Positions 40,700 through 50,717 of a stretch of DNA of 64,000 nucleotides are shown here, one piece after another; the stretch's first letter is position 1; each line of letters starts with the position of its first letter. The notes below the pieces were generated by a model that saw only the letters and a list, made by a program, of their open reading frames with translations, was not told where the DNA came from and did no database searches. The stretch is from Polyangiaceae bacterium (GTDB taxonomy: Bacteria > Myxococcota_A > Polyangia > Polyangiales > Polyangiaceae): positions 128,001 to 192,000 of the forward strand of contig JAPSGB010000004.1 of the NCBI GenBank assembly GCA_035063585.1, written 5' to 3'. The position numbers and the translations under genes are program-made.

Positions 40700-40847
40700 G
40701 CCGGGCGCTCCCCGAGCGCTCACGCGCGGGCCGCGTGGGCGCGCCGGGGGGCCCGCCGCCTCGGGGCGCACTCGCGGGATACTCGCGCCCGGCCCGAAAA
40801 GAAATGGTAGGGTGCGCGTCCTCTTTCCACGAACGAGGAGATCTTTC

Positions 40848-41852
40848 ATGCGGCTCGGCTACCGTGCGGTGTTTGGTATCGGGATTGCTCTCGGCGCGCT
40901 CGCCGCGTGCAGCAGCGATGACGACGGCAAGACGAGCGGAGGCAGCGGCGGAGCAGGCAACGGGGACTGCTTCCCGACCGCGCCATCCTGCTACGGGCCG
41001 GGCGGGCCGAGCGGTCCGGGCCACGAGTGCCTCGCGAAGACGGACAACTCGGGCCAGAAGATCTGGAAGGGTCGCCTCAGCCAGATCCAGGTCACCAAGC
41101 CCGACGCGCTGGCAAAGCCGTTCATCCAGTCCACGATCCTCGACAAGGGCGTGAACTTCAACCAGCCGGAGTGCAACTCGAACGGCAAGGGGACCTTCAA
41201 CTGGCTCTTCGAGTTCGACTCGGAGTCGAACAAGCTGAAGATGGGCGGCGGCTTGCCCATCGAGAACCCCGGCGACCCGGGCTGCTTTGCGGTCCTGCCG
41301 GACGCGCAGATCCCGGTCGCGCCGGTGACCATCGACGTGACGATGAACGGCAACACGTTCTCGGCCGATGGCATCGACCTGACGGTCCCCATCTTCGTCA
41401 CGCCCGGAGACACGACCAACGTCGTGCTCCTGCCGATCCACGGCGGGAAGTTCCAGGGCACGTTCAGCGCGGATCACAACTGCATCGGGGCGTACAACGG
41501 CGACAAGCTCGATCCCGCGATCGACTGCCTGGCGGACATGAGCGTCGATCCGCCCATCTACCCGTGGGAGAACGGCGGAACCATCGAGGGTTACATCGGG
41601 GTCGAAGAGTCGGACACGGTGTTCATCCCCGACCTCAAGAACAGCCTGTGCGTGCTGCTCGCCGGCGCGGCCGACTGGAAGGGAACCGACGGCTACTGCA
41701 AGACGTCGACCAAGTGGGTCGGCGGGGAGCGGCCCCAGGGCGACTGGTGCATCGCGACCAACCAGCCGGCCACGGCCGACTGCGCCGACGCCTATCGGCT
41801 GACTTCGGGGTTCGCGGCCAACGCGTATCCGATCAGCGGCGACTGCGAGTAG
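40848..41852 (+). CDS. Hypothetical Cys-rich lipoprotein
   Basis: GAGGAG RBS, lipobox LAAC, many Cys, strong coding bias. Confidence 0.8.
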   Translation: MRLGYRAVFGIGIALGALAACSSDDDGKTSGGSGGAGNGDCFPTAPSCYGPGGPSGPGHECLAKTDNSGQKIWKGRLSQIQVTKPDALAKPFIQSTILDKGVNFNQPECNSNGKGTFNWLFEFDSESNKLKMGGGLPIENPGDPGCFAVLPDAQIPVAPVTIDVTMNGNTFSADGIDLTVPIFVTPGDTTNVVLLPIHGGKFQGTFSADHNCIGAYNGDKLDPAIDCLADMSVDPPIYPWENGGTIEGYIGVEESDTVFIPDLKNSLCVLLAGAADWKGTDGYCKTSTKWVGGERPQGDWCIATNQPATADCADAYRLTSGFAANAYPISGDCE

Positions 41853-42036
41853 CGTGACGCCCGCGTGGCCCGCCCGCCCTAGGGCCGCCCGCCGGCGGGC
41901 GGGCGAGTCCTCCGGCCCTGCGTCGCGGCGGAGCAGCGCGCGCGCCATGGCCCCGCGGATGCCTGCGAAGACATCCGCGTTGACAAGCGAGGGCGCGCCA
42001 CGAAGATGGTGAGGCCGGGGGCCCCCCGGAGCGCGG

Positions 42037-44853
42037 ATGGCGACCCTCAGCTCCAGCATCGTCAAGCACGGCCTGGCCTCCATGAAGGACGTGGAGGAGG
42101 CGCTCGCACGCCAGGTGCTCTACGGGGGAGATCTGGCGACGAACCTCCTCGAGGTCACCGAGGTGAGCGAGGAAGCGCTCACGCGCCTCTTGGCGGAGAG
42201 CCACGGGCTGCCCGCCGCGCCAGCGGGTGAGTTACCGCACGCGCGGAGCGAGACGCTCGCGCTCGTGCCCGGCGAGGTCGCGAGGCGACACGGGGCCTAC
42301 CCGCTCGACGACCGCGACGGCACGCTCGTGATGGCGGTCTCGGAACCCCTCCCGCGCGAGGTGGAAGAGGATCTCGGCTTCGCGCTCGGAGTGGAGGTCG
42401 ACCAGCGGGTAGCGCCTGCGGTCCGCATTCAGCAGGCGATCGCACGCGACTACGGTCTGCCGGTGGATCGTCGCTCCCTCCGGCTCATCGCGAGGCTCTC
42501 GGGCTTGCCCGATCCAAGCCCCAGCTCGCTGCCGAGCCCGGGCCTCGGTGGCGCTCAGATGCCCCGGCTGCCGCGCCCGCCTTCGCTGCCGCCGCTCTCC
42601 TACCCGCTGGAAGCTCCGCGTGCGCCGGCGCCGCCCGCGTCTCCCGAGGGCCCCGTATCGCTTCGCCCCGTCGCGCTCGAGCGCCGCATGCAGGAGACGC
42701 CAGGTGAGTCACCACCGGCTCCGCCGGCTCGCGCCGTGACCCCGACTCCGCCCGTCGCGGCTCCCGAGCTCGCGGCGTGGGCGACCCAGGCGGGCCGAAG
42801 CGCGCGCGCGCGCACGCGTCGTCGCGGCCCGTACACCGCCGCCATGGCCGAGCGGGACCTCTCGCTCGCGGAGGGACGCGACGACGTGCTCCGCGCGGCC
42901 TTCGACTTCATGGCGCAGTACTTCGAGTACTCGGCGCTGTTCGCCGTCCACGCGGACATTGCCGAGGGTCGCGACGCGCGCGGTCCTGGCGCCGGGCGTG
43001 CTCAGATCACCGGCGTCGGTGTGCCGCTCGACTTGCCGAGCGCGCTGGCCACCGCGCGCGACGAGGGCGCGCTCCAGCTCTCGCGGCTGTCGACGGACGG
43101 CATCGACCGGGCTCTCGCGAAGGATCTCTCGCGCGCGCCCGGTCGCGTCGCGCTGTTTCTTCCGATCGTGGTCCGCGGGCGCTGCGTGCTCATCCTGTAC
43201 GGCGATCACGGCGCGCAAGACGTGGAGCTCGGCGAGGTTGGTGACGTCATCGCGTTCGCGCCGCTGGTGACCGCGGCGCTCGAGCGCGTCATCGTGCGCC
43301 GAAAGCGCGGCGAGACCGGGCATCCCCCGCGAGTGCGCCGAGAGCGACGTCACGCGCCACGGCCGAGCCGCGACGAGCGCGCGGCGGCGTTCGTGCAGGC
43401 GCTCTCACTGCCGTCGCCGGCTGCGCCGTCGCCGGCCGCGCCGTCGCTGGCCGCGTCGTCTCCGGAGCCGCCGCCGAGGAGCCCACGCCTCTCGAACCGA
43501 GTGATCTCGGTCGGCGCGGAGCGGCGCGCGTCGACGCCGCCGCAAGGGACGCCCCGCGCGCTCGAGACGAGCGGCGCGCTCGAGCTGGCGATTCCGCTGA
43601 CACGACCGAGCAATCCGGCTCCGCGAGCACACATCGAAGAGCCCCCGGAGGACGGCTGGGAGGTGGCCTCGCCGCGCGGATTCTCCGCGCTCGAGGCGGC
43701 GACCAGCCCGGGTGTCGGCCCCGCGCGCGCGGTGGGCTCGCGCCCGCCCTCGAGTCAGCGGCTCGAGTTGGTCCCCGAGACCGCGCTGGACGAGCCGGAC
43801 GGCCCCGATCTGTCGTTCTCCGAAGAGGAGATGAGTGAGAGCGAGCTCCTCGGAGCCGAGCAGAGCCCGGTCGCGCCCCTCCGACGCCACGAGATCCCGC
43901 TCGCCGCGCCCTCGCGCTCCGAGTCGTTCCCCCCGCGCCGTCCGCGCCCTCGCTACAGCTCGGAGGAGCTCCGGCTCCCGAGCGTCATCGTCGATCTCGA
44001 GAGCGACTGCCGAGATCTGGTGACGCGCCTGCTCGACGGCGACGAGCTCGCCGCCGAGCGGCTCGTCGAACTCGGGCAGCCCGCCATCGCTGCGCTGGTC
44101 GCGCAGTTTCCCGGGCCGGTCGAGACGGAGCTGGGCGCCGGCCGCGGCGGGCGCGCCTCCGAAGCCGGCCCCATCCTGCGCACGCTCCGGCGATTCGGAC
44201 ATGAAGCCGTCCCGTTCCTGGTGGTCCGCACCGCGGATACGAGCCCGGACGTCCGAAGCTGGGCGACGCGACTGCTCGGTGAGCTGCCGAGCGCCGATTC
44301 CGCGCGCGCGGTGCTACGCCGCGTGATCGATCCCGAGCCCGAGGTCCACCGCGCGGCGCTCGCGGCGAGCCGACTGCTCTTCACTGACTCCGAGTCGCGC
44401 GAGGCGCTGCGCGACGGGCTCTGTGTGCTCGCGGCGGACGTCACGCAGAGCGACGAGGTCCGACACACCGCGATCGAGGCGCTCGCGGAGCTCCGCGAAG
44501 CCCGCGCCGTGCCGCGGCTCATCCGACTGCTCGAGGGCTCGAACCCGGACATCGTGAAGAGCGCCGAGTGGGCGCTCACCGTGCTCACCCGTCAGAGCTT
44601 CCGTCGTGACTCGGCGCGATGGCTCGAGTGGTGGAACGCGCACGCCTCCGAGCACCGCATCGAGTGGCTCATCGACGCCTTGGTCCACGAATCTCCGGAG
44701 CTTCGCCGCGCGGCGGGCGAGGAGCTGAAGAGCGAGACGAAAGAGTATTTCGGGTTTTACGACGATCTGCCGCCGAGCGAGCGCGCGCGCGCTCGAGAGC
44801 GCTATCGCGAGTGGTGGGATAGCAAAGGAAAGGCCAGATTTCCGCGCACTTGA
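42037..44853 (+). CDS. FrgA-like multidomain protein: degenerate MshEN/GspE N-terminal domain, Pro-rich linkers, GAF-like domain, HEAT repeats
   Basis: N-terminal VEEALARQVLYGGDLATNLLE...VARRHGAYPL, central LPIVVRGRCVLILYGD, and C-terminal HEAT-like repeats with WxxWW motifs. TTGACA at 41980. Confidence 0.72.
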   Translation: MATLSSSIVKHGLASMKDVEEALARQVLYGGDLATNLLEVTEVSEEALTRLLAESHGLPAAPAGELPHARSETLALVPGEVARRHGAYPLDDRDGTLVMAVSEPLPREVEEDLGFALGVEVDQRVAPAVRIQQAIARDYGLPVDRRSLRLIARLSGLPDPSPSSLPSPGLGGAQMPRLPRPPSLPPLSYPLEAPRAPAPPASPEGPVSLRPVALERRMQETPGESPPAPPARAVTPTPPVAAPELAAWATQAGRSARARTRRRGPYTAAMAERDLSLAEGRDDVLRAAFDFMAQYFEYSALFAVHADIAEGRDARGPGAGRAQITGVGVPLDLPSALATARDEGALQLSRLSTDGIDRALAKDLSRAPGRVALFLPIVVRGRCVLILYGDHGAQDVELGEVGDVIAFAPLVTAALERVIVRRKRGETGHPPRVRRERRHAPRPSRDERAAAFVQALSLPSPAAPSPAAPSLAASSPEPPPRSPRLSNRVISVGAERRASTPPQGTPRALETSGALELAIPLTRPSNPAPRAHIEEPPEDGWEVASPRGFSALEAATSPGVGPARAVGSRPPSSQRLELVPETALDEPDGPDLSFSEEEMSESELLGAEQSPVAPLRRHEIPLAAPSRSESFPPRRPRPRYSSEELRLPSVIVDLESDCRDLVTRLLDGDELAAERLVELGQPAIAALVAQFPGPVETELGAGRGGRASEAGPILRTLRRFGHEAVPFLVVRTADTSPDVRSWATRLLGELPSADSARAVLRRVIDPEPEVHRAALAASRLLFTDSESREALRDGLCVLAADVTQSDEVRHTAIEALAELREARAVPRLIRLLEGSNPDIVKSAEWALTVLTRQSFRRDSARWLEWWNAHASEHRIEWLIDALVHESPELRRAAGEELKSETKEYFGFYDDLPPSERARARERYREWWDSKGKARFPRT

Positions 44854-44914
44854 GCGACCGGCCTCGGAGACGGCTCGACAACCTCGCCGGAGCCGTGGAA
44901 AGGTTGGGGCCCGC

Positions 44915-45112
44915 ATGACAGAAGAACAGCACGGGACCGCGCTCCGCGCGGCAAACCTCGCGCTCACCGGGCAGCAGCGCCGCGAAGCGAGCCGCTTCGC
45001 GTCCATCGAGCTGCGGTTCACCGACCGGCGCACCGGGCCGTGGGAGATCGCGGCCATGGCCTCGGTCGCGTTCGCGGCGGCGCTGCTCGTGCTCGGGCTC
45101 TGGCTGGCCTGA
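44915..45112 (+). CDS. Small hypothetical protein with a C-terminal TM helix
   Basis: 65-aa ORF filling an intergenic gap, hydrophobic C-terminus. Confidence 0.45.
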   Translation: MTEEQHGTALRAANLALTGQQRREASRFASIELRFTDRRTGPWEIAAMASVAFAAALLVLGLWLA

Positions 45113-45177
45113 AGCCACCACGGCCTCGACGGAGGCGCGGGCTCGGCCGAGCCTGGTCGGTCCGGCGCGGCCGGCGG

Positions 45178-46008
45178 CTATCGCCCGATCGTGAAGCGCA
45201 GCGAGTAGCTGAACATGACCGGCTTCCCGGGCTTCTCGAAGTCGACCTGCGCGAAGGCCGCCACCATGCACTCGCTGAACCCCTTGCCCTTCATCCCGGT
45301 GCGCGGCTGGAGCACGTCTGCTTTGCCTCCCGCACGGCCCACCCGAAGATCGACCCCGAAGGTGCCGCCCTTCGCGGGCTCGTCGACCAGCGTGTAGCAG
45401 CGCCGGAACGCGTCGTACTGCTGGGCGATCGCGCGGCGGAACGGCTCCTTGGTCGCGTCGTCGTTGGGCCCGCCGCCGATGTGCAGCCCGATGTTCTCGA
45501 CCTTGACCTCGGGGAGCGAGGCCGGCTCCTCGGGAGCCGGCGCCTGAGCGACCGGCGTCACGGTCGCCGAGCCCGCTGCGGCCGGCGCCGCCGAGCCCGT
45601 GGCGGCCGGCGGGGCGCTGGCGGGCTCCGCGCCCACCACCGAGAACATCACCCCCGTAATCCCGACCCGACGCAGCTCCTCGAGCACCGCGAGGACCGCC
45701 CCGTGCGACACGCGCGCGTCCGCCTGGATGGTGGTCGAGCGCGCGCTCCGGTCCGGGCGAGCGCGCGTCACCGCGTCGCCGAGCGCATCGAGCGCGACCG
45801 GTTGCTCATCGACGGTGATCACGCCCGCGGCGTCGATCCGCACCACCAGGGGCTGGGCGCCGGCTCTCGGCAGCTCGCCCGGCGCGCTCGATGCGCTCGC
45901 CGACGACTCCGGAGCCTGGGGAGGAGGCGGACATCTCGACGCGCACCCGACGCCGGCCGCGCCGAACCCGCAAACCACCCCGACCGCGAGCCCGACGCTT
46001 ACCCTCAT
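45178..46008 (-). CDS. Probable lipoprotein with ExbD/TolR periplasmic domain plus AgmX/PglI (TonB-C-like) C-terminal domain
   Basis: VVRIDAAG...IQADARVSHGAVLAVLEELRRVGIT is ExbD-like. FRRCY...ECMVAAF..VDFEKP...SYSLRF is AgmX-C-like. N-terminal hydrophobic stretch ends in VGC. Confidence 0.75.
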   Translation of the reverse strand: MRVSVGLAVGVVCGFGAAGVGCASRCPPPPQAPESSASASSAPGELPRAGAQPLVVRIDAAGVITVDEQPVALDALGDAVTRARPDRSARSTTIQADARVSHGAVLAVLEELRRVGITGVMFSVVGAEPASAPPAATGSAAPAAAGSATVTPVAQAPAPEEPASLPEVKVENIGLHIGGGPNDDATKEPFRRAIAQQYDAFRRCYTLVDEPAKGGTFGVDLRVGRAGGKADVLQPRTGMKGKGFSECMVAAFAQVDFEKPGKPVMFSYSLRFTIGR

Positions 46009-46087
46009 GGGTGGCGAGATAGCGCGCTTTGCCGCGGCCTTCCAGCGAGCGTTTCCGGCGAGGCGCTCGTCGTGGCAATACCTCGTC

Positions 46088-47365
46088 ATGCGAACCGCGA
46101 TCGCGCAGGGAATCATCGCGCTGTTGCTCGCGAGCGCCTGCGAGCCGAAGCGCTCACCCGCGCCGAGCGCACCGACCAGCGACGCGAAGGCGCCGCCGCC
46201 CGGCTCCGCGCATGCGTCGTCATCGGCCGCGCCGCCGCGCACCTCGGCGGCGCGAGCGCCGTCATCGGCCGCGCCGCCCGCCGCGTCCGCAGCGCCTGCC
46301 GCGAGCGGGCGAACGAACGACCCGGCGGACACCCGGTGGCTCATCGATCAGCCAGTCGTGCTCGGCCCCGCCGCGCCCGCGACCGCGACCACGCGCGGCG
46401 TCGTGATGCTCACGAAGTCGGGCCGCGCGCGACTCGCGGCGCTCGACACGCGCGCGCCGGTGGCCGCGGACGAGCCCGCCCAGACCCCGATGGCGCCGCT
46501 CGCTCCGCCCGACGCGCTCGCGCCCTTCGCGCGCGGACCGAGCGTCGCCGGAGATTTCGCCTATTTCGTCTCGCGCGGACGCCTGCTCCGGGCGCGGGTA
46601 GACGCCGAGGCCGACCCCGAGACGCTCGCGGAGGGCGCGCGCGACGGCGTGCGTGTCGCGGCCGGCGGCGAGCGGCCGGTGAGCGTCGCCTACCTCGCGG
46701 AGGCGGAGGGCGGCACGCGCGCGCGACTGTGGCTCGAGGGTGCGTCGCCGCTCGACATCTCTCCCGAGGGCGCATCGCCGACCTCCGTCGCCCTCCTCGC
46801 AGACGGCGACACGCGGCTGGTCTTCTCGCTCGAGGGTCGCACCGGAATGTCGCCCGTGCATGTCCGACGAGTCAGCTTTCAATCGGGACGCGCGAAGCTC
46901 GACGAGGACGTGGTGGTGTGGGTCGGTGGGCCCGCGCAGAGCCTCACCGAGGTGAGCGCGGCGCGCGCGGGCGGTGAAGTCTTCGCGTTCGTTCCGCTCG
47001 AACGCGACGCCACGAGCTTCGGCCTCGCGAGCCTCGCGCTCGGCGCCGAACCTCGCATGGACGCGCCGGTCACCTGGCAGACGTACCCGAATGGTCTCGA
47101 CCCCGCGCCGACCGCGACCGGGCGGCTCTGCGGCGCGGCGGTGATCGCCGCGGCGCGACCGTCGAGCGCTGCGCCGCACGCCCCGGTCGAGCTCACGCTC
47201 GCGCCGGTCACTCGCAACGGCCCGGGCGCGAGCGTGGTCATCGCCCGAGCGCCGGCCATCGCGGATCTCTCGCTGGCGGAGCTGCCGGCCGGCGCGCTCG
47301 TCGCGTGGGCGAGCAGCGGCCACGTCTTCGCCGCGCGGGTCCGTTGTCGGCGGGGCGGCAAGTAG
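46088..47365 (+). CDS. Hypothetical lipoprotein
   Basis: Lipobox ASAC, Ala/Pro/Ser linker, beta-rich remainder. Confidence 0.65.
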   Translation: MRTAIAQGIIALLLASACEPKRSPAPSAPTSDAKAPPPGSAHASSSAAPPRTSAARAPSSAAPPAASAAPAASGRTNDPADTRWLIDQPVVLGPAAPATATTRGVVMLTKSGRARLAALDTRAPVAADEPAQTPMAPLAPPDALAPFARGPSVAGDFAYFVSRGRLLRARVDAEADPETLAEGARDGVRVAAGGERPVSVAYLAEAEGGTRARLWLEGASPLDISPEGASPTSVALLADGDTRLVFSLEGRTGMSPVHVRRVSFQSGRAKLDEDVVVWVGGPAQSLTEVSAARAGGEVFAFVPLERDATSFGLASLALGAEPRMDAPVTWQTYPNGLDPAPTATGRLCGAAVIAAARPSSAAPHAPVELTLAPVTRNGPGASVVIARAPAIADLSLAELPAGALVAWASSGHVFAARVRCRRGGK

Positions 47366-47422
47366 GTTAGAAGGCTCGCGCTCCGCGCGATGGCCGTCGC
47401 CTCGCCCGAGCCCCCGCGAACC

Positions 47423-48235
47423 ATGAAGAAGAAATCCAAGAGGAAGCCGCGGTTCACCGCCGCCACGGCCGACAAGCACACCCTCTACCAGCTCTCGGTG
47501 CAGGACGTGACCACCGAAGAGAGCTTCCTCTCTCGGAACTTCAAGAAGCTCCGTAAGCGCGACGCGCTCGATCTCCGTGAGGATTTCTGCGGCACCGCGC
47601 TCATGTGCGGCGAGTGGGTGAAGCACCACCCGAAGCGTCGCTCCACCGGCGTCGACATCGACGCGAAGGTGCTGAAATGGGGAAGAGAGCACAACATCGC
47701 TCCCCTCGGCGACGACGCCCGGCGCGTGACGCTGCTTCAGCAAGACGTACGCGCGCCCACGCGCGGCCGGCACGACCTCGTGCTCGCCTTCAACTTCAGC
47801 TACTGGATCTTCCGCACCCGCGACGAGATGCGCGATTACTTCGAGCGGGTCCGCGCCTCGCTCAAGAGTGACGGCGTCTTCTTCCTCGACGCCTACGGCG
47901 GCTGGGAGGCGGTCGAGCCGATGGTCGAGGCGCGCCCCATCCGCGGCGGGTTCACCTACGAGTGGGACCAGGACAAGTTCGATCCCATCACTCACGCCGT
48001 CGAGAACCACATCCACTTCGAATTCAAGGACGGCACGCGGCTCGACAAGGCGTTCTCCTATCATTGGAGGTTCTGGACCTTGCCGGAGCTGCAAGAACTC
48101 CTCCGCGAGGCGGGCTTCCGTGACGTGGTCGTCTACTGGGACACGAGCGACGACGAAGCAACCGACGATTTTCGCCCGCGCCGCCGCGCGGAGAACCAGC
48201 CGGGCTGGCTCGCGTACCTCGCGGCGCTCCGCTGA
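47423..48235 (+). CDS. Class I SAM-dependent methyltransferase
   Basis: LREDFCGTA, GVDID, AFNFSYW and GVFFLD motifs. Alternative start at 47390. Confidence 0.85.
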   Translation: MKKKSKRKPRFTAATADKHTLYQLSVQDVTTEESFLSRNFKKLRKRDALDLREDFCGTALMCGEWVKHHPKRRSTGVDIDAKVLKWGREHNIAPLGDDARRVTLLQQDVRAPTRGRHDLVLAFNFSYWIFRTRDEMRDYFERVRASLKSDGVFFLDAYGGWEAVEPMVEARPIRGGFTYEWDQDKFDPITHAVENHIHFEFKDGTRLDKAFSYHWRFWTLPELQELLREAGFRDVVVYWDTSDDEATDDFRPRRRAENQPGWLAYLAALR

Positions 48236-48281
48236 GCCGCGAGGTACGCCTGGAGTCCGCGCCCTTCCTCGACTCCCCGGC

Positions 48282-49070
48282 TCACTCTTCGACGGTCACC
48301 GGCACCTCGACCGCGACGCCGGCGGCGCTCACGACCAAGGTGCTCGCGCCGGGTCGCGCGAACCTCGCCGAGAACCTCGCGCCGCGCGTCCAGTCGAGCC
48401 CGAACGAGCTCGGCTCGACGCGGGCGACCGCGGAGTCCTCCGCGCGGAGCTCGACGGCGCCGGTGGAGAACAAGGGATTTTCATGCTCGTCCAAGAGCAA
48501 CACCCGAAAATCGAGGCTGTCGCCGGCGTGTCCGGCGAGCCGGCTCACGGCTCGGGGGCGGTCCTCGTCGTAGCTCTCGAGCGCAATCGACGCCGCCTCG
48601 CGCACGTGGACGGTCACCGTATCGATGAGCGCGCCGCTTGCCGCGAGGAGCTGGAGCTGCGCGTCTCCCGATGCGTGCGACTCTACCTCGATCCGATTCG
48701 AGCATTCGCGCGTGTAGCCTGGGTCACAGGTCTGGCCGGTGTCGGCCAGCCCGTAGGCCTCGCTGCCTTGGGCGGTCGTGCGCGTGCATGAGCAGGTGCG
48801 GGCGCCGAGCGTGAAGGAGGCGACGCGGTCGTCACTCGAGAGCACCACGACGTCCGGCTCGGCCCCGTCGCCGGTCACCGCGATGCGCTGGGTCGCGCCC
48901 ACCGCGAGCGGCTGGTCGAGGGCGCAGTCGAGGAAGCACTCCGCCTCGTAGCGGAAGCTCGCGCGACCGAGGTCGCCCGGCGTCTCGGTGTCGAAGCCGC
49001 AGCCGGTGAGCGCCGCGCTCGCGCCGAGCCAACCAACCATCAAAGAAGCGTGCTTGAAAGAGAGGGTCAT
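48282..49070 (-). CDS. Hypothetical lipoprotein with Ig-like (SSDDRVA/AEDSAVA) segments
   Basis: AGGAGA RBS and lipobox LTGC. Confidence 0.7.
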   Translation of the reverse strand: MTLSFKHASLMVGWLGASAALTGCGFDTETPGDLGRASFRYEAECFLDCALDQPLAVGATQRIAVTGDGAEPDVVVLSSDDRVASFTLGARTCSCTRTTAQGSEAYGLADTGQTCDPGYTRECSNRIEVESHASGDAQLQLLAASGALIDTVTVHVREAASIALESYDEDRPRAVSRLAGHAGDSLDFRVLLLDEHENPLFSTGAVELRAEDSAVARVEPSSFGLDWTRGARFSARFARPGASTLVVSAAGVAVEVPVTVEE

Positions 49071-49095
49071 GTTCAGGTCTCCTGCTGGTTCAACC

Positions 49096-49111
49096 AGCAA
49101 GGCCCGTGCCG
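49096..49111 (-). promoter_or_regulatory. Putative sigma-54 promoter of the 48282..49070 lipoprotein
   Basis: Minus strand reads cGGCACgggccTTGCT, a near-consensus -24/-12 site. Confidence 0.7.
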
Positions 49112-49320
49112 CGGTCAGCGAGCGTGATTCCAGGGAAAATCCTGGAGTTCTGCGCTCGCCCCGGGTGTGCGCGGGAGGCCCACCTGGGCGCTCCGGGCTC
49201 GCTGTGCTCGCGGCGCATCACGAGTTGCGCGGCGCGCGCCGATGTCGTAGTTGACCAGCCGGCCAGTTTCTCGATCCGCGCACGCCGCGGCGAGAGCGAC
49301 AACTCATAGAGGAGCGTGCG

Positions 49321-50514
49321 ATGGGCAGGAAGGTGTACGTGGTCGGCGTCGGGATGACGAAGTTCGAGAAGCCCGGATCGAAGGACTGGGACTACCCCGC
49401 GATGGTCAAGGAGGCCGGCGAGAAGGCGCTCGCCGACGCGGGGATCGGCTACGACGCGATCGAGCAGGCGGTCGCCGGCTACTGCTATGGGGAGAGCACC
49501 AGCGGCGAGCGCGCGCTCTACGAGCTCGGCCTCACCGGGATCCCCATCTACAACGTCAACAACAACTGCTCGACCGGCTCGACGGCGCTCTTCCTCGCCA
49601 AGCAGCTCGTCGAGGGCGGCCTCGCCGAGTGCGCGATGGCGGTCGGGTTCGAGAAGATGGAGAAGGGCTCGCTCGGACCGAAGTACATGGATCGCACGAA
49701 CCCCATGGATAAGCACATGCTCCTCATGATGGAGCTCCGTGAGTTCGCGCCGGCGCCGCCCGCCCCGCAGATGTTCGGCAATGCCGGCCGCGAGCACATG
49801 GAAAAGTACGGCACGACCCGCGAGCAGTTCGCGAAGATCGGCTGGAAGAACCACAAGCACTCGGTCAACAACCCCTATTCGCAGTTCCGAGACGAGTACT
49901 CGCTCGACGACATCATGAGCTCGAAGATGGTCTATGACCCGCTCACCAAGCTGCAGTGCTGCCCGACCTCGGACGGCGCCGGTGCTGCCATCCTCGCCAG
50001 CGAAGCGTTCGTGAAGCAGCACAACCTCCAGAAGAACGCCGTCGAGATCGCCGGCATGTCGCTCGCGACCGACATGAACAACTCCTTCGACGACAAGAGC
50101 TGCATCAAGATGATCGGCGCAGACATGACCCGTCGCGCCGCGCAGAAGGCCTACGAGCAGAGCGGCCTCGGCCCGGAGGACCTCCAGGTGGTCGAGCTCC
50201 ACGACTGCTTCAGCGCCAACGAGCTCATCACCTACGAGGGGCTCGGCCTCTGCCCCGAGGGCAAGGGCGGCGAGCTCATCGACTCGGGCGCGGTCACCTA
50301 TGGCGGAAAATGGGTGGTGAACCCCTCGGGAGGCCTCATCAGCAAGGGGCATCCGCTCGGGGCCACCGGCCTCGCGCAGTGCGCCGAGCTCAACTGGCAG
50401 ATCCGCGGCCTCGCCGACAAGCGCCAGGTCGATGGCGTCAAGGCCGGGCTCCAGCACAACCTCGGCCTCGGCGGCGCAGCGGTCGTCACCGTGTACCGCC
50501 GCGCGGAGTTCTAG
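49321..50514 (+). CDS. SCP-x-type thiolase ('lipid-transfer protein')
   Basis: [32 protein letters not shown] and [17 protein letters not shown]. Confidence 0.95.
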   Translation: MGRKVYVVGVGMTKFEKPGSKDWDYPAMVKEAGEKALADAGIGYDAIEQAVAGYCYGESTSGERALYELGLTGIPIYNVNNNCSTGSTALFLAKQLVEGGLAECAMAVGFEKMEKGSLGPKYMDRTNPMDKHMLLMMELREFAPAPPAPQMFGNAGREHMEKYGTTREQFAKIGWKNHKHSVNNPYSQFRDEYSLDDIMSSKMVYDPLTKLQCCPTSDGAGAAILASEAFVKQHNLQKNAVEIAGMSLATDMNNSFDDKSCIKMIGADMTRRAAQKAYEQSGLGPEDLQVVELHDCFSANELITYEGLGLCPEGKGGELIDSGAVTYGGKWVVNPSGGLISKGHPLGATGLAQCAELNWQIRGLADKRQVDGVKAGLQHNLGLGGAAVVTVYRRAEF

Positions 50515-50529
50515 ACTCCCGAGCGCTCG

Positions 50530-50604
50530 CGGCTCGAGCGCTCGGTCGCTCGAGCCGTCCGCTCCGAGAAATGGTCAAGCACTCGCTTGGCCATTTTGGT
50601 TTTT
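50530..50604 (+). terminator. Tandem hairpins downstream of the SCP-x thiolase, the second followed by a U-rich tract
   Basis: cggctcgagcg-ctcggt-cgctcgagccg (50530-50557), then aaatggtcaagc-actc-gcttggccattt (50569-50596) followed by tggttttt. Confidence 0.65.
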
Positions 50605-50717
50605 GTCGGCGCGGGACCGCGCGAGGCGAGAAGCGGCGCCCATCGGACGGGGCTTGTGATGGCGCGCGCGCTCGGGTATTCGTGAGGCGGCGCGGCGGCC
50701 AGGCTCGCGGGGAGGAC

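Noticed and set aside
49956..50717. 819-aa ORF bridging the thiolase and the beta-helix gene
   Set aside because: It crosses terminator hairpins. The true start has a GGAGG RBS and lipobox at 50718.
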